Origin: Patescibacteria group bacterium
Lineage (GTDB): Bacteria; Patescibacteriota; Minisyncoccia; Phycocordibacterales; JBBTRF01
Reading direction: 5' to 3'
Assembly (NCBI GenBank): GCA_038065315.1
Contig: JBBTRF010000001.1
Location: 528,458 to 592,457, forward strand
Length of the DNA stretch: 64,000 bases
The notes under the pieces are model-generated. The model saw only the letters and a list, made by a program, of their open reading frames with translations. It made no database searches and was not told where the DNA came from. Below are positions 29,090 to 35,221 of this stretch, piece by piece; the stretch's first letter is position 1; each line of letters opens with the position of its first letter. The position numbers and the translations under genes are program-made.

Positions 29090-30412
29090 ATGAAAAAAAG
29101 TACCGCATACACAATCCTAGGAATCATCATCGGTATCGTCATTGTCGCGCTGGGCGTGTTGTATTTTGTCTTTCTGAGAACACCGGGGGTGGTAGATCCT
29201 GGTCCGGACGTCAACAACGAAGGGAAGGCAGACCGAGGCGGTTTCGATGGCACGGTTGACGACACTGAGCCAGTAACTCCTGTCGAACCAAAAACTCCAA
29301 TAGCCACCACTACGGGGGAGCGACCGGAACCACCAAAACTTCGAAAGATATCGACTGGACCGATAGCTGGAGGCATTGCCTACGACACAACCATCAAAAC
29401 AGGCAAGGTGAGTGTGACGGAGACCCACATCCGCTTCATCGACCGCATCAATGGCGCGATCCACGAAACCCGTACCGACGTTTTGGACACCCAGAAGATT
29501 GCCAGTGCTTCGATTCAGAAGATTCGCGAGGCGTTTTGGGCAAAAGACGGCGCTAGTGTGTACATCCGATATGTCACCGACGCCAACCCATACACCATCG
29601 AGACATATCTCGCTAAACTCGTACCTTCGAAGACCGCGTCCTCTTCACAGGCGGCACTCCCAAGTGACATCAGCTTCCTTCCACAAGAGGTGCGCGGCAA
29701 CTATCTCACTCGCAATCTCAAAGAAGTCCTACCTTCACCATTTACCCTCGGCACTATTTTCTACACCTTGCCAAAAGGTGCGGACCTGCAAGGTATCATC
29801 TCGAGCAAGGACGATACTAAAAGGGTAGAGGTGCTCAACTCACCAATCACCGAGTGGACCAGTCAGTGGCTCGCCTCGAATTTGTTCGCCATCACCACAA
29901 AAGCCTCAACTTTCTCAGATGGCTTCCTGTACTTCCTCAACACCGACACCCAGAAGCTCGACCGCGTGCTCGGCAACATCCGTGGCCTCACCACTCTTGC
30001 GAGCGCCGACCAAAAATATGTGATCTACTCGAACTCCAGAGATGATGGCTTCACCACACGACTTTTCAATACCAAGACTGGTCTGCTCGAGCAATTCTCA
30101 TTCACCGTATTGCCGGAAAAATGTGTCTGGAGCAAGAAACAAGTCGCGGTCGTGTATTGTGCCGTACCACAGTACCTTCCAAGTGGGCTCTACCCCGACG
30201 GTTGGTATCAAGGCGTTGTCAGCTTCACCGACGATCTCTGGAGAATCGACGCTTCGACCGGCTCCACAAAGCTCCTCGCCAGTCTCGCCGCAGTCTCAAA
30301 AGAAGAAATCGACGTGATCCGACCATTCCTCGATCCGCAAGAAAAATACCTCTTCTTCACCAACAAGCGTGATGGCGCTTTCTGGAACCTACTTCTTCCG
30401 ACGAATAAATAG
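29090..30412 (+). CDS. membrane-anchored hypothetical protein (last gene of cluster)
   Basis: N-terminal TM (ILGIIIGIVIVALGVLYFVFL) and a beta-rich extracytoplasmic domain. Its 3' end overlaps the convergent yidC by 24 nt. Confidence 0.45.
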   Translation: MKKSTAYTILGIIIGIVIVALGVLYFVFLRTPGVVDPGPDVNNEGKADRGGFDGTVDDTEPVTPVEPKTPIATTTGERPEPPKLRKISTGPIAGGIAYDTTIKTGKVSVTETHIRFIDRINGAIHETRTDVLDTQKIASASIQKIREAFWAKDGASVYIRYVTDANPYTIETYLAKLVPSKTASSSQAALPSDISFLPQEVRGNYLTRNLKEVLPSPFTLGTIFYTLPKGADLQGIISSKDDTKRVEVLNSPITEWTSQWLASNLFAITTKASTFSDGFLYFLNTDTQKLDRVLGNIRGLTTLASADQKYVIYSNSRDDGFTTRLFNTKTGLLEQFSFTVLPEKCVWSKKQVAVVYCAVPQYLPSGLYPDGWYQGVVSFTDDLWRIDASTGSTKLLASLAAVSKEEIDVIRPFLDPQEKYLFFTNKRDGAFWNLLLPTNK

Positions 30413-31099
30413 CTCCTGACCAATAGCGAAGACGTTGCTCGTGGTCCAATAAATAGCGATACCAGCATTGATACTGTATGAGGCAAAGAAGACGATGACA
30501 GGGAGGACATACTTCATCTGCGTACTCATGGCATGCGCCAGGTCTGTACCAAAAGACGGCGCTACGTTTGGATCTTTTTTGGTGACTGGCATTGAATATT
30601 TGATCTGAAAAAACTGTGTGATCGCCGCCAAGAGGGCGAGTTCCCAACTTTTCTTTGTAATATCGATGAACCAAAGCTTCATGGTGACCAACTCAGGGGA
30701 GTGGATGAATGAATAGAGCAGGGAGGCGTCGATCTTTGGCAAGCCGCCGCTATAGAAGATCTGGTAGAGCGCGAGGATGATCGGGATTTGGATAAAAATA
30801 AGCAGGATGCTCGAAAACGGGTTGATACCCGACTCTTTGTAGAGCTTCATGGTCTGCATCGACTGCTCAGCTGGATCTTTGTATTTCGCCTTGAGCTCAT
30901 TGATCCGCGGCTCAAGCTCCTTCATCTTCATTTGGCTCAAAACCGCCTTGCGAGAGAGGGGAAAGAGGATGAGCTTCACAATCACCGTAAATACCACAAT
31001 AGCCACACCGAAATCTGCCCACTGTGGAAGGGTGTTGATGAGAAAAATAAGCCCGTTGTACAACGGGTCGTAGAAAAACGTATGGTAGAGGTAACTCAT
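30389..31099 (-). CDS. yidC: membrane protein insertase YidC/Oxa1 (short form)
   Basis: IVVFTVIVKLILFPLSRKAVLSQMKMKELEPRINELKAKYKDPAEQSMQTMKLYKESGINP is the YidC core motif. The rpmH-rnpA-yidC synteny supports it. Confidence 0.85.
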   Translation of the reverse strand: MSYLYHTFFYDPLYNGLIFLINTLPQWADFGVAIVVFTVIVKLILFPLSRKAVLSQMKMKELEPRINELKAKYKDPAEQSMQTMKLYKESGINPFSSILLIFIQIPIILALYQIFYSGGLPKIDASLLYSFIHSPELVTMKLWFIDITKKSWELALLAAITQFFQIKYSMPVTKKDPNVAPSFGTDLAHAMSTQMKYVLPVIVFFASYSINAGIAIYWTTSNVFAIGQELFIRRKK

Positions 31100-31108
31100 C
31101 AGGCTATT

Positions 31109-31489
31109 CTAGACTAATTTCACTTTTTTGAGAAGCAGGCGAATCTCGGCCTCGATTTCAGGCAAAGGCAGCTCTTTTGCAGCCTTGGTCGCACCTCCCA
31201 CACCCTTGCCACCAGGCACTCTCACAAAGAAGGCGCCGCTAAAAGGAGCCTTTAGTGAGCCATTTTTTCGCACTTCTGCCAGCACATTCTCCAGCGCGGC
31301 GGCGAAGCGTCGCTTGATCCGATTGCGCAGCACAGCTGTGCCAGCCGCCTTCTTTGAGACTACGACGGAGCATTTCAAGGTAGGGGACGGCAAAAGACGT
31401 GCTGAAAAGGTCGCTGAGGAACAAAAAACACCCTTTCCGAGCAATTCGGGGAAGAGCGTTTTTGTGACTCGTTGAGTCTTTGGGAGCAT
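31109..31489 (-). CDS. rnpA: ribonuclease P protein component
   Basis: 126-aa basic protein with RNR motif (LRNRIKRRF). It lies between rpmH and yidC. Confidence 0.8.
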   Translation of the reverse strand: MLPKTQRVTKTLFPELLGKGVFCSSATFSARLLPSPTLKCSVVVSKKAAGTAVLRNRIKRRFAAALENVLAEVRKNGSLKAPFSGAFFVRVPGGKGVGGATKAAKELPLPEIEAEIRLLLKKVKLV

Positions 31490-31505
31490 CGAACAGGGCG
31501 TGTCT

Positions 31506-31658
31506 TTAAGCCTTTCCGCTCTTCTTCACGGAGAGCTTCTTGCGTCCCTTGAGTCGTCGTCGAGCGAGCACACGCTTGCCGCCCGAAGTTCGGCCTCGTA
31601 CGAGGAAGCCGTGGGTCTTCGCGCGCTTTCGCTTCTTTGGATGATATGTGAATGACAT
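31506..31658 (-). CDS. rpmH: 50S ribosomal protein L34
   Basis: [44 protein letters not shown]. The ATG at 31658 is preferred over the TTG at 31694. Confidence 0.85.
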   Translation of the reverse strand: MSFTYHPKKRKRAKTHGFLVRGRTSGGKRVLARRRLKGRKKLSVKKSGKA

Positions 31659-31744
31659 GGGGAATAGCGTAACACAGAGTGCGAAAATGTTCAATATTTA
31701 TGAAAAGAAAAGCGACCACCCTCATCTAGAATACTGGGGTGGCC

Positions 31745-31990
31745 GCCATGGCGCGTTTGATTGTGTCTCTTCCGGCTACTCCGCCTCTGGGAATAGCTAC
31801 CCGTCTTAGCCTTGGTGTTGGCCGTTACCCCACCAACTAGCTGATAGGACGCGAACCCCTCAATGAATCTTTTGCCGCGTAGCTGATCGGCAGGTTGCTC
31901 ATTGAGTTGGTAATTCACGCATTACTCGCAACAGACCGAAGCCTGCAGAACTCTGGCGCCAAAGAAAGTATAGTCCTTTCAGCACGAATC
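31745..31990 (-). pseudogene. 16S rRNA 5'-domain-like fragment (corresponds roughly to E. coli 16S positions 50-330), co-oriented with and immediately upstream of rpmH
   Basis: Minus strand reads ...GCGAGTAATGCGTGAATTACC...GGTTCGCGTCCTATCAGCTAGTTGGTGGGGTAACGGCCAACACCAAGGCTAAGACGGGTAGC.... This matches the conserved 16S blocks GTGAGTAACGCGTGGG and GATTAGCTAGTTGGTGGGGTAACGGC-ACCAAGGCGACGATCCGTAGC, including a 23/23 match to AGCTAGTTGGTGGGGTAACGGCC. Similarity decays on both sides. The intergenic space is only about 560 nt, so this cannot be a complete gene. Confidence 0.5.
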
Positions 31991-32031
31991 AGTCAACTTT
32001 GGTTAATAAGTATGTTGAAGGTGTGTCTAGT

Positions 32032-32139
32032 AGGGGAGGAGAGATGAAATGTGAGGGACTACGGAGCGCGTCGGCGCGAGTCGGAGCGAAAAGTCAGCAG
32101 ACTTTTACGCGTGCCCTTACATTTCATCTCTCCTCCCCT
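32032..32139. repeat. 26-bp near-perfect inverted repeat (25/26) flanking a 56-nt GC-rich loop
   Basis: Arm1 AGGGGAGGAGAGATGAAATGTGAGGG at 32032-32057. Arm2 CCCTTACATTTCATCTCTCCTCCCCT at 32114-32139. The reverse complement of arm2 equals arm1 except one G/A position, which is a G-U pair if transcribed. Confidence 0.85.
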
Positions 32140-32216
32140 CTATCCACAACTTATCAACATGTTTCTCCACCCTCCACAAGTGTTGCATTTTCTCCCCAGC
32201 TTATATAATACGTTTC
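32140..32216 (+). promoter_or_regulatory. dnaA promoter region with DnaA-box-like sites
   Basis: cTATCCACA at 32140-32148 (8/9 to TTATCCACA), TTATCAACA at 32151-32159 (8/9) and TCCACAAG were seen. TATAAT at 32204-32209 lies about 12 nt before the dnaA ATG. Confidence 0.4.
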
Positions 32217-32220
32217 ACTT

Positions 32221-33567
32221 ATGGACTACAAGCAAATGTGGGATAAAGTATTGGTTGAGATTGAGCTTGCTATCTCAAAGGCTACATTCATCACTTGGTT
32301 CTCCAACACCCACATCCAAAAGATCGACGATGGCACCGTCCACCTCCATGTCCCAAACGTCTTCGCGAAAGATTGGATCAGCAACAAGTATCACAAACAG
32401 ATCCTGAAGAACCTCCGAGGGCAGAACGAGACCATCAGGGCGATGGCCTACGTCATTGCCAAAGAGGACGGCACGCGCAAGAAGGTAGAGGAGCCACCGA
32501 AGGCACCGTTTAATCCCACCACCCAACTGCCGCTCAGCGACGTTCAGATCAACAAGGACGACAACCTCAACCCGCGCTACACCTTCGACACGCTCATCGT
32601 CGGTAGCTTCAACGAACTCGCCCACGCCGCCTCACAAGCCATCATCAAGAAGCCCGGGCAGGCATACAACCCCTTCTTCATCTATGGCAACACCGGTCAC
32701 GGCAAGACCCACCTCGTGCAGTCGATAGGGAACTACATCAAAACCCACTACGCTGGGAAAAAAGTGTACTACCTCACCTCAGAAAAGTTTGGCCAGGAGT
32801 GCATCAATGCCCTTCAGACCAACAAAATGAATCTCTTCAAGGAGAAGTATCGCAAGTACGATGTCATCATCATGGATGATGTGCAATTCTTCTCCAACAA
32901 AGACAAGATCCAGGAGGAGCTTTTCCATTTGTTCAATTTCTTCTTCGACAACAACCGCCAGATCATTTTCTCGGCCGACAAGCACCCCAACTTCATCGCC
33001 AATGTCGAAGACCGCCTCCGCTCACGCTTCAGCTCAGGCATGCTGGTGGAGCTGCCATACCCGGATCTCGAGTCTCGTACAGCCATTTTGAAGGCCAAGG
33101 CATCACAGAGCGGCTTTACGCTCAATGATGAGACCGCCGAGTATCTTGCATCTTCTGTTGAGGGTAATATTCGCGAGCTTGAGGGTGCGCTCAACTCAAT
33201 CATTTGCCAGGCCCAGCTAAAAGGGAAGGACCTCAGCATGTTGGAGATCAAAAACTTGGTAAAAAACAGTGCGAAGCCAAAGAAAACGATTGCCGCGAAG
33301 GATATTATCAAAATTATCGCCGACTACTACAACATCGACGAGGCAAGCATCTACGACAAGACCCGCCGAAAGGAGGTGGTGCGCCCTCGACAGATGGTTA
33401 TGTACATTTTGCGAGAGGATTGTAGTGTCTCGTACCCTTCGATCGGCCAAAAGCTCGGCGGGCGAGACCACACGACCGTCATCCACTCGTGCGAGAAGAT
33501 CAAACACGAGATTAAGACCGACACGACCCTGATGCAGGAATTGAATCAGATTCGAGCTCTTCTTTAA
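32221..33567 (+). CDS. dnaA: chromosomal replication initiator protein DnaA
   Basis: MDYKQMWDKVLVEIELAISKATFITWF..., the AAA+ motif YNPFFIYGNTGHGKTHL, and a C-terminal DNA-binding domain (PSIGQKLGGRDHTTVIHSCEKI). Confidence 0.95.
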   Translation: MDYKQMWDKVLVEIELAISKATFITWFSNTHIQKIDDGTVHLHVPNVFAKDWISNKYHKQILKNLRGQNETIRAMAYVIAKEDGTRKKVEEPPKAPFNPTTQLPLSDVQINKDDNLNPRYTFDTLIVGSFNELAHAASQAIIKKPGQAYNPFFIYGNTGHGKTHLVQSIGNYIKTHYAGKKVYYLTSEKFGQECINALQTNKMNLFKEKYRKYDVIIMDDVQFFSNKDKIQEELFHLFNFFFDNNRQIIFSADKHPNFIANVEDRLRSRFSSGMLVELPYPDLESRTAILKAKASQSGFTLNDETAEYLASSVEGNIRELEGALNSIICQAQLKGKDLSMLEIKNLVKNSAKPKKTIAAKDIIKIIADYYNIDEASIYDKTRRKEVVRPRQMVMYILREDCSVSYPSIGQKLGGRDHTTVIHSCEKIKHEIKTDTTLMQELNQIRALL

Positions 33568-33844
33568 ATTGGGGATAATTCTGTGGATAAGGGTATGATA
33601 AGTGCCTGAACTCTGTGGATGGATCTGGGGAGAGGGTGTGGGGCGGACGGGGAAGCGGTGTGTAGAAGTCGGGGTATTTTGGGGAAGTTCTCCACCGTCG
33701 TCCCCACCTATCCAGAGTCTCCCCAACAGGGGTGGGGAGAAGAAATCGCCAGCCACGGCCCGGTTGAGCGACTCCCAGACTTATACACATATCCACAGTC
33801 TTAATAATAGTAATAACTCTTTATATAGAATATAGTAAAAACAC
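33568..33844. promoter_or_regulatory. candidate oriC: DnaA-box cluster plus AT-rich unwinding element between dnaA and dnaN
   Basis: TTCTGTGGATAA contains a perfect TTATCCACA on the minus strand, about 33581-33592. Near matches are CTGTGGATGG, CTATCCAGA and ATATCCACAG. The AT-rich tract CTTAATAATAGTAATAACTCTTTATATAGAATATAGTAAAAAC at about 33793-33840 is the likely unwinding element. Confidence 0.7.
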
Positions 33845-34945
33845 ATGAGGATAGAATGCGTACGAGAAAAATTTGCGGCAGCAGTCCAAAAGGCCGAACG
33901 AGTAACTGGAAAGAATCTGACCCTTCCGGTATTAAAGTGCCTCTACCTGAAAGCAGAGCGTGGCAACTTGCTCATCCGGGCAACCAATCTTGACCTCGGC
34001 ATTGAGATCAACCTGCCTGTGAAAGTGGAAATTCCTGGTTCAGTCGCCATCCCGGGCGCCGTACTCTCAAGCTTCCTCCAGCAGGTGCGCAATGACAAGA
34101 ACATCATCCTTGAAACCATCGACGGCAACCTCTCAGTATCAACCCAGAACAACTCAACCCTCATCAAGGCATTGCCGCACGACGATTTTCCAACCGTACC
34201 AGTGTTCATGAAGGAGAACAGCCTCACCTTGGCTCCAAAAGAGTTTGTGCGCGGCCTTAAAGCCGTCTGGTATGCCTCTGGAACCTCCCAGGTGAAGCCG
34301 GAACTCTCCAGTGTATATGTGTTCGCAGATCAGGACGAATTGGTCTTTGTAGCCACCGACTCTTTCCGTCTTGCTGAGAAGCGAGTGCGGGTGAAAAAGG
34401 CACAAGACTTCTCTCACGTGCTCATTCCGTTCAAAAACGTCACTGAAATTATGCGTATTCTTGAAGAGATCGATGAAGATGTCGAAATTTCCTTCGACAA
34501 AAACCAGATTGCCTTCTCCTCGAGCAATGTGTACCTCACCTCACGTCTCATCGACGGCTCTTTCCCTGATTACAAACAGATTATTCCAAAAGAACACAAA
34601 ACTGAGGCGACCCTACTCAAGGAAGACCTCGTTAATTCGTTGAAAATGGCGCATATTTTTTCCGACAAATTCAATCAGGTCTCCTTGTCTGTCACACCAT
34701 CGAAAAAGGCCTTTGAAATGAAGACCAAGAACGCCGAAGTGGGGGAGAATGTAAACAAGCTCAAGGCCAATCTCACCGGTGAGGACATTGATATGAATTT
34801 CAATCATAAATACGTCACCGATTGCTTCCAGTCAATCGATTCAGACAGCATTACCCTCCATTTCAACGGCCCTAGTCGTCCGGTAGTGCTCCGTGGTGTG
34901 TCCGACAAAACATTCTTGTACTTGGTGATGCCAATGAATCGCTAG
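33845..34945 (+). CDS. dnaN: DNA polymerase III beta sliding clamp
   Basis: 366 aa. MRIECVREKFAAAVQKAERVTGKNLTLPVLKCLYLKAERGNLLIRATNLDLGIEI has the typical three-domain clamp pattern. It immediately follows dnaA-oriC. Confidence 0.9.
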   Translation: MRIECVREKFAAAVQKAERVTGKNLTLPVLKCLYLKAERGNLLIRATNLDLGIEINLPVKVEIPGSVAIPGAVLSSFLQQVRNDKNIILETIDGNLSVSTQNNSTLIKALPHDDFPTVPVFMKENSLTLAPKEFVRGLKAVWYASGTSQVKPELSSVYVFADQDELVFVATDSFRLAEKRVRVKKAQDFSHVLIPFKNVTEIMRILEEIDEDVEISFDKNQIAFSSSNVYLTSRLIDGSFPDYKQIIPKEHKTEATLLKEDLVNSLKMAHIFSDKFNQVSLSVTPSKKAFEMKTKNAEVGENVNKLKANLTGEDIDMNFNHKYVTDCFQSIDSDSITLHFNGPSRPVVLRGVSDKTFLYLVMPMNR

Positions 34946-34969
34946 TACGGCAACACGTCGCCTTTTTCT

Positions 34970-35221
34970 ATGTTCAACATATCGAACTTTCTCGCCAAGT
35001 TCTCGAATCTGCGAAACAATGCCTTTGTTGTCCGCGACGCTTTTATTCAAGTGGCACAAGACGTGGCAGGCATTACGCTTTTGGGCACACAAGTGGAGGT
35101 GAAGGAAGGTGTTGCTCGCGTGCAGGCGCACTCGATGATCAAAAACGTTCTGCACATCAAGAAAGAGGCCATTCTTGAGGTGCTACGACAGAAAGGCGTT
35201 GCCCTAAAGGACATTAAATGA
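34970..35221 (+). CDS. small protein after dnaN, possibly DUF721/DciA-like (replicative-helicase operator)
   Basis: 83-aa ORF. The VEVKEGVARVQAHSMIKNVLHIKKEAILEVL segment resembles the conserved core of DUF721. Its position next to dnaN is typical for dciA. The call is weak. Confidence 0.3.
   Translation: MFNISNFLAKFSNLRNNAFVVRDAFIQVAQDVAGITLLGTQVEVKEGVARVQAHSMIKNVLHIKKEAILEVLRQKGVALKDIK

Noticed and set aside
31691-32407. ORFs 31691..31918 (-), 31999..32208 (+), 32051..32407 (+)
   Set aside because: They cover the 16S-like fragment, the long inverted repeat and the dnaA 5' region. No coding signal. Region interpreted as RNA/regulatory DNA.
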